Shown here piece after piece: positions 21,046-32,847 of a stretch of 64,000 nucleotides of DNA (position 1 is the stretch's first letter; each line of letters begins with the position of its first letter). The notes under the pieces are model-generated. The model searched no databases, was not told the DNA's origin, and saw only the letters and a program-made list of their open reading frames with translations. The DNA lies in assembly GCA_964202905.1 (NCBI GenBank), contig CAXNJO010000010.1, forward strand, positions 64,001 to 128,000, read 5' to 3'. A program made the position numbers and the translations under genes. This DNA comes from Polyangiales bacterium (GTDB lineage: Bacteria; Myxococcota_A; Polyangia; Polyangiales; JADJQN01).

Positions 21046-22434
21046 ATGAAACAGTTCTCCGCGTTCTTGCTCATCACACTGCTCGCTGCGTGCTCGAACG
21101 ACGCGCCACGCCCACCGGCCCTTACGGGCTCGGCGTCGGCACTACGCGGGACCGTTTCGGACGCGAACGTTAAGAGCGTTCGCGCCATCACGGCATCCGG
21201 TCGCGCGACGTCCGCACCGGTCACGGGAGGGGCGTTCCGAATCGCCATTCCGAACGAGCGTTTCGCGCTCGGCTTCTATGATGCGCGAGGGCGCGCCATT
21301 GCGTCGCTCGGCGCCGCGCCCGCGCCGGGCGCGCCCAACGTCGGTCAGTTCCCCGGCCGCCGCGGCGGCGCAGCACTGACCGAGAGCGCTCCGGGGGCCG
21401 CGCGCGCCGGACTGCTCGACGACGGCGCAATCGTCCTCGGAGTGATCACGATCAACGTCACGATTGGAGTCGCCATCGGCGAATTCAATCTGCTCGCAGA
21501 CTTCGATTCGGACCTCGACGGCATCGACGACTTCGAAGACGACGACGATGACGACGACGGTATCGACGACCTCGCTGATCTCGACGACGATGGCGACGGG
21601 AGCGACGACGCCGAGGCGGATGGGGATGTCGACAACGACGGAATCTGCGACTTCGCCGATCCGGACGACGACGGCGACGACATCCTCGACGTCGACGACG
21701 AGGACGACGACGGTGACGGGACCGACGACGAGATCGATTTCGACAGCGACGAAGATGGAATCGCGGACGACGCAGACCTCGACGATGACAACGACGGCAT
21801 TCTCGATACCGACGATCCGGACTGCAACGGCGACGGCATCGACGACGACCTGCAGGACGAAGACGGCGACGGCATCTTCGATTTCAGCGATCCGGACGCC
21901 GATGGCGATGGCATGACCAACGACCTGGATCTCGACGACGATGGCGACGGGGTCCCCGATCTGTCGGAGCTCGACTGCGACGGCGACGGCGAGATCGACT
22001 GGCTCCCCGACGGGACGCTCACCTGCCCGGACGCCTGTGACGTCGATCCGACTCTCCCCGAATGCGGATGTGACCCGCTCACCGACGCAGCCTGCTGCGC
22101 GGCGGCACCGGACGCCGCCTGCTGCGAAGCCCACCCGTCCATCCCGGAGTGCGCGATGATGTGCGACCCGCTCGCCGACGCGGCCTGTTGCGCGGCGACC
22201 CCCACCGACGCTTGCTGCGCGGCGTTCCCGTCCATCCCGGAGTGCGCGACGACGTGTGATCCGCTCACCGACGCGGCGTGTTGCGCGGCGGCTCCGACCG
22301 ACGCCTGCTGCGCAGCGTTCCCAGATATCCCGGAGTGCGCTGTGTGCGATCCAGACACCGACCCGGCTTGTTGTGCGATGGCGCCGGATCCCACCTGCTG
22401 CGCGATCTTCCCGGATCTCCCGGAGTGCGTCTGA
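21046..22434 (+). CDS. Lipoprotein with Asp-rich TSP3-like Ca2+-binding repeats and C-terminal 6-Cys repeats
   Basis: RBS GAGGAA, MKQFSAFLLITLLAAC lipobox, many DxDxDG(I/V)xD motifs, four CDP..D.ACC...P...CC...P.IPEC units. Confidence 0.85.
   Translation: MKQFSAFLLITLLAACSNDAPRPPALTGSASALRGTVSDANVKSVRAITASGRATSAPVTGGAFRIAIPNERFALGFYDARGRAIASLGAAPAPGAPNVGQFPGRRGGAALTESAPGAARAGLLDDGAIVLGVITINVTIGVAIGEFNLLADFDSDLDGIDDFEDDDDDDDGIDDLADLDDDGDGSDDAEADGDVDNDGICDFADPDDDGDDILDVDDEDDDGDGTDDEIDFDSDEDGIADDADLDDDNDGILDTDDPDCNGDGIDDDLQDEDGDGIFDFSDPDADGDGMTNDLDLDDDGDGVPDLSELDCDGDGEIDWLPDGTLTCPDACDVDPTLPECGCDPLTDAACCAAAPDAACCEAHPSIPECAMMCDPLADAACCAATPTDACCAAFPSIPECATTCDPLTDAACCAAAPTDACCAAFPDIPECAVCDPDTDPACCAMAPDPTCCAIFPDLPECV
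22069..22431 (+). repeat. Four ~93-bp (30-31 aa) Cys-rich tandem repeats
   Basis: Units start at 22069, 22162, 22255 and 22345. Confidence 0.9.
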
Positions 22435-22449
22435 CCCGCTGAAGGAAAT

Positions 22450-22480
22450 CGCATCGGCCGCATTCGACGCGGCCGATGCG
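22450..22480. terminator. GC-rich hairpin, probable intrinsic terminator
   Basis: CGCATCGGCCGC-attcgac-GCGGCCGATGCG perfect 12-bp stem 15 nt after the stop. The preceding GAAGGAAAT gives a U-rich tail on the minus strand. Confidence 0.65.
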
Positions 22481-22634
22481 GTCCCCATGGTCGATGAGTC
22501 CGGCGGACGCTGGACCCCGGGTCCGTCGATGTTGCGTGTCGCGTTGTTCGGATGTTTGCCGACCGGTACGACGACTGTGGTCGCAGAGCGCGTGACAATC
22601 GGCGTGAGAGCGACCCCGCTCGCCCCCCACCCAT

Positions 22635-23753
<1,119 letters not shown>

Positions 23754-23946
23754 CGCTTGCGCGCGGCGCACACAGCCAGCCGGCTGGTTGTTTGGCGTAC
23801 CGTCACGCCTTCGCAGCGCAGGCTGCAACGCGTGTGGTGGCGGCCGTTTCGCGCAACGTGAGAACGAGTACGCGGAGGGCTCTCCAAATCAATGCGCGCA
23901 CTGCTCCTTGATTCGCAGGAGTACGACAAACAAACCGGCGCCGCGA

Positions 23947-24029
23947 TCACCCCGCGCCCAGCGCCGCGTCGAGCGTGTCGGCGAAGAGCAGGCGCTCGGC
24001 GATGCCGTCGAGCTCGGCGACGCCGGCGT
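23947..24029 (-). repeat. Orphan copy (B) of the Rpn 3' end; 82 of 83 nt identical to 24847-24929
   Basis: Encodes AGVAELDGIAERLLFADTLDAALGAG*. Offset exactly 900 nt from the copy inside the rpn gene. Confidence 0.92.
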
Positions 24030-24075
24030 GCGCGCGCTCGGACGCGCGTGACCGCGCATCGACGCGCGTCGTGAC

Positions 24076-24569
<494 letters not shown>

Positions 24570-24846
24570 GAGACTTGGCCAGCGTACGCGTTTCACGCGG
24601 CAGGAGGCAAACCCCGAGGCTCGCGTACGTGAGCATCGGGCTCAGTATCATCCCGGCACGGCGCGCTCCTCGATGATGACCCTGCGCTCGTGCATGGCGC
24701 GCCCGCGCGTGATCCCCGGCGTGGGCAAGGGGCACGCGCAACTCGTCGTCCGATGGCTCGTAGTTCGGACCGGCGAGATTGCGCGCCTGCATCGGTCGAC
24801 GGGAGTACGCGTCCGAGTGCGGCCATGGCGCCGCATCGCCTGCACT

Positions 24847-25135
24847 TCACCCCACGCCCAGCGCCGCGTCGAGCGTGTCGGCGAAGAGCAGGCGCTCGGC
24901 GATGCCGTCGAGCTCGGCGACGCCGGCGTAGCGCGAGGCGCTCGCTGACGGCGTCGGGCAGCGGGCCGAACTTCGGGCGCAGCAGCTTCGCGACGGTGCT
25001 CGCGCGGCCGCGGGCCTCGGATTCGGCGCGGACGCGCGTCTCGGAGGCCGCGAGGCGCTCCTCGAACTCCGCGCGGGCCTCGGCCGCGCCTTCTTCGCGG
25101 AGGGCGTCGGCGATGGTCTTGATCTTCTTCTTCAT
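24847..25135 (-). CDS. Putative intragenic small protein (RpnS-type antitoxin) from an internal start
   Basis: AGGAGG (25146-25141) 5 nt upstream of in-frame ATG. MKKKIKTIADALREEG...KFGPLPDAVSERLA, then a frameshift to AGVAELDGIAERLLFADTLDAALG. Confidence 0.6.
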
Positions 25136-25725
25136 GGGGTCCTCCTCTTCGGAATCGGGCAACGCGGCGACGACGTCGTGGACGATGGGACGCTCTTCGG
25201 GCGGCAGGACGGTCAGAAGGTAGTGAAGAAGCAGGGTGAACGCAGCGCGGCGAGCGCGGGTGCGTCGGTGGGCGCGAGCAGGCCGGCGAGGTCGCGCGGC
25301 GCCGTCCACGGGCGCTTGCCCGCGTAGACGACGAGGGGAATCACGTCGGGCAGCGCGCCGCGTCGCGGGCTCTCGCGCGCCCACGTCTCGCCGCTATAGC
25401 GCAGCAGGCGCAGCGCCATGCGGTGCTCGACCGAAGAGCGATGTTCGAGAATCGCGACGAACTGCACCTCGCGCCCGAACAGCCGCGCCGCGACGACGAC
25501 ATCCGATTGCGAGACGCGGAGTGTTCCATCGATGTGCGCGGGTGACATCACGCGCACCGACGCTGCATCGAGGCCCGCAGCGAGGGATTCCGGGAGCATC
25601 GTGCGGAGGAGTCCGAGGGCGGAATCGGGCCTCGAGAAGATCGCGCGGAAGAAGGCGGCATGCGGTGTGACGACGAGTTTCCGCGTGCGGGCGCGGCGCG
25701 GACGAATCCCACGCTCAGCGAGCAT
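24847..25725 (-). pseudogene. Rpn/YhgA-like (Transposase_31) nuclease with DUF4351-like tail, degenerate
   Basis: PH.AFF..IFS.P, SD.V, LEH.SS...MALRLLRY...W, LPDVIPLVVY.G...W. Frameshifts near 25245 and 24932; middle region shortened. Start uncertain. Confidence 0.85.
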
Positions 25726-25849
25726 GTGGATTCGGGATGTGTGGGATTCAGCGTGCCAGTCGTGCGGCGCCGTCTCTCGTCGTCGTCGGCCATGCCCGTT
25801 GCGTAGAGCAGCGGCCCATGCCGGAGTCGCGTGACGCAATCATTCGGAT

Positions 25850-28399
25850 ATGTCGAGTGTCGCCGGGCTGACGGCCTCGAGGGTGGCTCGCACGATCGGG
25901 AAGTCGGCCATCGCCGCTCACACGTGCGCAGGTCCTCTTCGCCCACCGGGCGTCGCGCCGCGTGCGGGACGAATCGCCGACGACGACGGAGACGACGGGC
26001 GCGCCGTGAACGCGCCGAGACGCCCCCTCGACGTGGCGCGCGGGCGCCCACATTCTGCCGCCGTGTCGTCACCCCCGCACGGTCCGCCCCCGGTTGCCGC
26101 CGAGCCGCCGGGGGCCTCGGCGGAGGGGTCCGCCGCGACCGCCGCCGCGACGCCCCCCGCGTCGATGTCCCCGGCGTCGACGGCCGTCGCGCCGACGCAG
26201 CCCTCGTCGACGCCGCCCTCGCTGCTCGCTGCGCTCGGCGCGATCCTCCTCGCGGCGCTCGCCTTCGGACCGAGCGTCGAGAACGGCTTCGTCTGGGACG
26301 ATGTCAGCCTGATCCTTCGAAACGACGCGCTCGCCGATTCCGCGCGCGCGTGGGATCTGCTGACGCGGCCCTTCTGGGCCTACGCCGCGGTCGACGCCGA
26401 GGGGATCTCGGCGACGTACGCCTCGCTCTACCGCCCCGTCGTGATGGCCTGGTTCCTCGCGCTGCACCGGCTCGCGGGCTTCGAGCCGCTCGCGTGGCAC
26501 GCGGCGTCCATCGCGCTGCACCTGCTCTGCGTCGGCCTCGCCGCCGCGTGGCTCGCGCGCCGCTTTCCCGAGCGCGCCGACGCGGACCCGCGGGCAGCGG
26601 CGCGGCGGGCGCTCGCGCTCGGCGTCGGACTCGCGCTGTTCGCCGTGCATCCGACGCGTGCCGAGGCCGTCGGCTGGATCAGCGGCGCGACCGAGACCCT
26701 CGCCGCGGCATGCTGGTTGGGCGCGCTGAACGTGTGGCCGGGCGTGGTGCGCGACGATCGGGGGGCGACCGCGCGACGGCTTGGCGCAGGCCTGCTCTTC
26801 GCGCTCGCGCTGCTCGCCAAGGAGTCGGCCGTCGTCGCGCCGGCGCTGCTGCTGCTCGACGAGGCCCTGCTCGCGCCGCCCGGCACACGCGGGGCGCTCG
26901 CGTGGGGGCGCCGGCTCCGCGCCGTGGGTGTCGCGACGGCCCCCGCGGCCCTCGTGGCCGCCGCGCGCTTCGCCGCCTACCCCGCCCCGGCGCGGCCGCT
27001 CGCGACGCCGAGCATCCTGCTCGGGCACCTCGCGGCGCTCGGCGCGTATGCGCGGCACACGGTCGCGCCGTGGCCCCCGCAGACCGACCTCGTGCCGATC
27101 CGACGCGCGCTCGGCGGTGCGGACGCGGTGCCGCAGGCGCTCGTGGTCCTCGGGGCCGTGGTGCTGCTCGGCGTGCTCGCCCTCGGCGTGCTCGCCGTGC
27201 GCGCGCCACGGTGGCGTGGAACGGCCGCGGACGCCGCGCTCTGGCTCGTGCCGCTCATCCCCTCGCTGCTGGTCGTCTCCGCGGGCACCTCGACGCTGGC
27301 GAGCGAGCGCTTCTTGTATCTGCCGCTGCTCGGCGTCGGTGCGCTGGCGACGCGCGCGCTCCTCGCCGTGGACGCGCGCGCACCGCGGCTCTCGCCCTGG
27401 CTCGTCGCGGCCGCTGGGCTTGCCCTCGCGGCGGCCACGCTCGCGACGCGGACGAGCGCACGGCGCTTCGAGAGCGACCTCGCGCTCGCGCGGTTCGACG
27501 TGGCGTCGTCGCCCTCGGACCCGGTCGCCTGGCTCAAGTACGGCACCGCCCTGCCCCCCACGGAGCCCGACGCCATCTTCGACGCCTTCGCGCGCGGTCA
27601 GCGGGCGGCGCACGCCCGCGGCGCGGACCTCGACGGCGCGACGTTGCTCGCCCGGACCTTCGCGCGCGCCGCGCAGGACGCGCCCGATCACGACGACGCG
27701 GGGTTGCGTGCGTTGCGGCGCTTCTGCGAGGAGATCCGCGCGGTCGGGCCCGTGCGCTTCAGCCACCGCGGGCACACGTTCGACGCGGCGCACCCGGCGA
27801 TCGCGCGCGCCGTCCTGCGCGCGACACCCGCGGATGTGGGCGTGCCCTGCGCGTTCCTGAGACTCCGCACCGGGGACCCCGCCGGCGCGCTCGCCGAGAT
27901 CGGCGCGCTCGAGCGGTCGTTCCCGGAGCGGATGGAGGTGCAGTTCGCCGCGGTCCTCATCCGCGCGCTGGCGGGCGATCTCGCGGGCGCCACGGCCCAT
28001 CTCGCGGAGGTCGAGGCCCGCGGGTCTCGCCGCTTCGTCACGGGCGACCTCGCGGCGCGCCTCGAGCGCGCCCGGCGGACCCGCGCCGACGCCGACGTGC
28101 TCGCCGCGCGCGACCCGACGCTCGCGCCGCTCGGCGAGGCTCAGGTCGCGCTCGTGCTGGGCTCGGCCGGGATCGCGCGGCGCGCCCTCGCGCCCCTGAG
28201 CGCCGTGCAGCCGACGCGCCCCGAGGTCGCGCTCCTCGGCGCGCGGATCGAGCAGATCGACCGTCGCCCGGCGCTCGCTCGCGCGCTCATCGAGGACGCC
28301 CTCGCCGACGCCCCCCCGCCGGCGGCGCGCGAGGCGCTGCTGCAGATGCGCGCGGCGCTTATGGAAGTCGTTACGGAAGCCGCCGTCGACGCGCGCTGA
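25850..28399 (+). CDS. TMTC-like GT-C membrane glycosyltransferase with C-terminal helical repeats
   Basis: NGFVWDD..LI..N, YRP, FAVHP.RAEAVGWISG, ALLAKESA, ERFLYLP; many TM helices. True start may be downstream (e.g. 26166). Confidence 0.8.
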   Translation: MSSVAGLTASRVARTIGKSAIAAHTCAGPLRPPGVAPRAGRIADDDGDDGRAVNAPRRPLDVARGRPHSAAVSSPPHGPPPVAAEPPGASAEGSAATAAATPPASMSPASTAVAPTQPSSTPPSLLAALGAILLAALAFGPSVENGFVWDDVSLILRNDALADSARAWDLLTRPFWAYAAVDAEGISATYASLYRPVVMAWFLALHRLAGFEPLAWHAASIALHLLCVGLAAAWLARRFPERADADPRAAARRALALGVGLALFAVHPTRAEAVGWISGATETLAAACWLGALNVWPGVVRDDRGATARRLGAGLLFALALLAKESAVVAPALLLLDEALLAPPGTRGALAWGRRLRAVGVATAPAALVAAARFAAYPAPARPLATPSILLGHLAALGAYARHTVAPWPPQTDLVPIRRALGGADAVPQALVVLGAVVLLGVLALGVLAVRAPRWRGTAADAALWLVPLIPSLLVVSAGTSTLASERFLYLPLLGVGALATRALLAVDARAPRLSPWLVAAAGLALAAATLATRTSARRFESDLALARFDVASSPSDPVAWLKYGTALPPTEPDAIFDAFARGQRAAHARGADLDGATLLARTFARAAQDAPDHDDAGLRALRRFCEEIRAVGPVRFSHRGHTFDAAHPAIARAVLRATPADVGVPCAFLRLRTGDPAGALAEIGALERSFPERMEVQFAAVLIRALAGDLAGATAHLAEVEARGSRRFVTGDLAARLERARRTRADADVLAARDPTLAPLGEAQVALVLGSAGIARRALAPLSAVQPTRPEVALLGARIEQIDRRPALARALIEDALADAPPPAAREALLQMRAALMEVVTEAAVDAR

Positions 28400-28419
28400 C
28401 GTCGCCGACGACGCGCGCG

Positions 28420-28929
28420 TCAGTCGAGCGCGCCGCGCGCCGGGGGCAGGAGCCGCCGGAAGCTCACCGCGTGCACGCGGCCATCCGCCTCGCGGACGAG
28501 CCCACCGTAGCGGCACTTCTCGACGAGCGCGCCCTCGCGCGCGGCGCCTTCCGGCGTCACGAAACGCACCGGCGCGCCCTCGCGCAGGCCGGCGTACACG
28601 CGCGCGTCGGCCGCCACCGCGGCGAGCGGGTGGCCCGCGGCGTCGGGCGCGGGCGCCCACGCCTCGTGCGCGACGCGACGGATGCGTCCCTCGCCGATCC
28701 ACACATCGGCGCGCTCCGCATCTGCGAAGACCACGGCGCCGAGCGTCGTGCCGCCCGCAGCCTCGCCCCCCGGCGCGACGCGCAACCGCACGAGCGCGCC
28801 TGCGAGCGCCGTGGTCACGCCCGGCCCGCCGAGCGCGGTTCGGGCATCCTCGATGCGCGGCGGTGGGCGTGGCGCAGACGGGCGTGCCGCGCCGAACATC
28901 GGGAGCGAGCCCTTCTTGCCAGTCGCCAC
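28420..28929 (-). CDS. Hypothetical protein
   Basis: GC3-biased ORF with two SH3-like beta segments (ADVWIGEGRIRRV; GALVEKCRYGGLV). Start approximate. Confidence 0.6.
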   Translation of the reverse strand: MATGKKGSLPMFGAARPSAPRPPPRIEDARTALGGPGVTTALAGALVRLRVAPGGEAAGGTTLGAVVFADAERADVWIGEGRIRRVAHEAWAPAPDAAGHPLAAVAADARVYAGLREGAPVRFVTPEGAAREGALVEKCRYGGLVREADGRVHAVSFRRLLPPARGALD

Positions 28930-29000
28930 GGGCCGAGGGTCGCACGGGGCGCGCCCGCCGGCACGGGAGACCGGGCGCACGCCGTGCGTGGACGACGGTG

Positions 29001-29489
29001 TCAGCTCTGCGGTGCGGCCTCGGTCGCTTGCCCGGCTTCCTTCCAGCCTGCGATGCCGGCGCGCATCACGCCGACGTCGGAATAGCCCGCCGAGACCGCA
29101 CGCTCGGCCGCGTGGTGCGACGCGCCGCACTCGGAGTTCGCACAGTAGAAGACCAGCGGCGAGGCCTTGTCCGTCGGGAGCTCGGTCGCGACGTCGAACT
29201 GCGCGGACGAGGTGAGCAGCTTCGCGCCGGGGACGACGCCGTACGTCGCGCGCGTCTCGGGGCCGTTCACGTCGAGCACGGTGCCGCTGTGCGCGGCGAC
29301 GAGGGCCGCGACCGCCGGAACGTCGAGGTCCTTCACGGTGGCCGCAGGCGCAGCGGGGGCAGCGGGCGCGGCCGCGACGGGCTCGGGGGCGGCAGGCGCG
29401 GGCGCGGCGGGCGCGGCGGCCTCGGACGAGCCGCAGCCGACGGCGACGAGCGCGAGCGAGACGAGGAGCGTACGGGCGAGCAGCTTCAT
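29001..29489 (-). CDS. Rhodanese-like domain lipoprotein
   Basis: Lipobox AVGC, VLDVN...YGVVPGAK, LVFYCANSECGAS..AA..A..AGY, GIAGWKEAG. Confidence 0.9.
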   Translation of the reverse strand: MKLLARTLLVSLALVAVGCGSSEAAAPAAPAPAAPEPVAAAPAAPAAPAATVKDLDVPAVAALVAAHSGTVLDVNGPETRATYGVVPGAKLLTSSAQFDVATELPTDKASPLVFYCANSECGASHHAAERAVSAGYSDVGVMRAGIAGWKEAGQATEAAPQS

Positions 29490-29643
29490 GGGCGGGATCC
29501 TCCGGGATTGCGGGCGATGCGGTGGGGGCGATGCGACACGCGCGCCGGCGTTCGGGGCGGGTCGGCGGGGGAGTCTGGGGTCGGGCGCGTCGGGTCGCCA
29601 GTGCCCCCTCAGCACGCGCTGCGGATGCTACCATCTGCGCCGC

Positions 29644-30974
<1,331 letters not shown>

Positions 30975-31207
30975 CGGGCGCGCGACCCGCGGCGTGGCAT
31001 CGCGACGGGGCCTGCACACCCCCGCCCACCGGGGTCGATGCGTCCCCATCCCCGCGCCGCGCGCGCGGCGGCCGCGGCCCGGACCGCCTGCGCACGCGCC
31101 AAGTATCATCAATGAATTCAGTCTCTTACACGCACATCGCCCGTGCCCTCGGCCCTGGCCGCGCGCCCCTTCTCGGCATGGTGCGCCCCTTGCTCCCGCC
31201 CGCGCGC

Positions 31208-32310
31208 ATGAGCCTGCGCGCCCTCGGAGTCGCCGCCTCCCTCACCGCGCTCCTGGTCGCGCTGCTCGGCGGCTGCGCGCAGCCGGCGGGCGACGTCGGC
31301 TGCAGCGAGATCGACGCGCGCGAGGTCCCCGCAGCGCCGCCCGCGCTCACGCCCACGGGCCACGAGGGCGACGACGTCGGCGCGGCGCGGAGCGCGCTGT
31401 CGCTCTCGTCGCTCGCCGGGAGCGGCGGCTGCAGCACGGCGGGCGCCGAGGCCCTCAGTCGGCAGTTGATCGCCGAGATGCTCTGCCTCTCGGAGGGGCG
31501 CCTCGTCCGCTTCGAGCACCGCAACGTGACGCTCACCTCGAGCCGCGTGCACCCCTACCTCTCGCCGGCCGGCCGCGACGCGCTGTACCGGGCCGCCGCG
31601 ACGGGCGAGATCCGCATCAACTCGGCGCTCCGCACGCTCTCCGACCAGTATCTGCTCTACGCGGGGTGCAGCGTCGCCGCGACGCCGGGCCGCTCGAACC
31701 ACGAGACGGGCCGCGCGATCGACGTCGACAACTGGTCGGCGCGCCTCCGGGCGCTCACCGGCGCGGGCTTCACGCACCCGCTCCCCGACAGCGACGCGGT
31801 CCACTTCGAGGGGTCCGGGGCCGACCTCCGCTCGCTCAGCGTGCTCTCCTTCCAGCGCCTCTGGAACGCGAACCACCCGGGGGACCGAATCGACGCCGAC
31901 GGCGTCATCGGCCCCCAGACGCTCGCGCGCCTCGGGCGTGCGCCCGCCGAGGGCTTCGCCGTCGGCCGTGTGTGCCGCCCCGCGACGCCGCCCGCCGCCG
32001 ATGCCGGCACCCCGGCGGACGCAGGCGTCCCCGAGGCCGACGCAGGCGCGCCCCCCGCGAACGACGCCGGAGGCAGCGCCGGCGACGCGGGCGACGCCCC
32101 GACGCCGGCACCGCCCCGACGCCGGCACCGCCGCGGACGCCGCGCCCCACGGACCGGCGTCCGCTCGCCGCGGACGTCAGCGGGTGCGCGTGCAGCGGCG
32201 CGGGCCCCGGCCCCCGCGACCGCGGCGCGCGGCTCGCCGCCCTGCCGCTCGCGCTCGTGGCGCTCGGCGTCTTCCGCGCACGTCGACGCGCGGCGCGCCG
32301 CAGCGCCTGA
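31208..32310 (+). CDS. M15-type Zn peptidase with peptidoglycan-binding domain and MYXO-CTERM-like tail (frameshifted linker)
   Basis: INSALRTLSDQY, ATPGRSNHETGRAIDV, DAVHF; FQRLWN...DGVIGPQT..RL. Tail GCACS...LPLALVALGVFRARRR lies in another frame. N-terminal lipobox LGGC. Confidence 0.8.
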
Positions 32311-32363
32311 CCGGCGCCGTCGCGCCTCCCCGGTGCCCTCGCCGCGAGCGGGGGGTGCCGCCG

Positions 32364-32747
32364 TCACTCTTCGGGCGGGCGGGGGAGCCGCGCAGGGCCG
32401 CTCGGCTGCGCCATCGTGCAGCGGCCCTCGAAGAGCGCCCCCTTGTCGATGAGCAGCTGCGGCGCCGCGAGATCGCCGTAGACGCGCGAGGGGGCGTGCA
32501 CCTCGATGAGCTGCGCGGCGCGGACGTTCCCGCGGAGCGTGCCGCCCCGCACGATGAGCGTACCGACCTCGATCTCGGCCTCGATGTCCGCGCCCTCGCC
32601 GAGGATGAGCACGTCGTCGCCGACGATCTCGCCGCGCACACGCCCCTCGAGCCGCACGCGGCCGACGAAGGTGAGCTTCCCTTCGAACTCCGTCCCGCGC
32701 CCGAGCAGCGCGTTGATCTCGCCGAAGCCGCTGAGGTCGGTGGTCAC
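32364..32747 (-). CDS. Bactofilin (polymer-forming cytoskeletal protein)
   Basis: LGRGTEFEGKLTFVGRVRLEG.V.GEI...L.LGEGA.IEAEI...GNVRA...VYGDL.AP.L.IDKGALFEGRC.M. Confidence 0.93.
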   Translation of the reverse strand: MTTDLSGFGEINALLGRGTEFEGKLTFVGRVRLEGRVRGEIVGDDVLILGEGADIEAEIEVGTLIVRGGTLRGNVRAAQLIEVHAPSRVYGDLAAPQLLIDKGALFEGRCTMAQPSGPARLPRPPEE

Positions 32748-32847
32748 GGGGGCGGCGCGATTCTGCGGTGCGCCCCGGGGCGACGCAACGCGCGCGCGGC
32801 GGGCGTGCGCCCGGACGTGCCCGGGCCCCGACGCGACGCGGGCCGTC

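Noticed and set aside
22069..22431. Cys-rich repeats as a multi-core RiPP precursor
   Set aside because: They are the tail of a 462-aa lipoprotein, and no modifying enzymes or peptide transporter lie nearby.
24847..25725. Rpn gene as an active IS transposase
   Set aside because: No terminal inverted repeats or short target duplication seen. Transposase_31/Rpn proteins are nucleases not shown to transpose, and this copy is degenerate.
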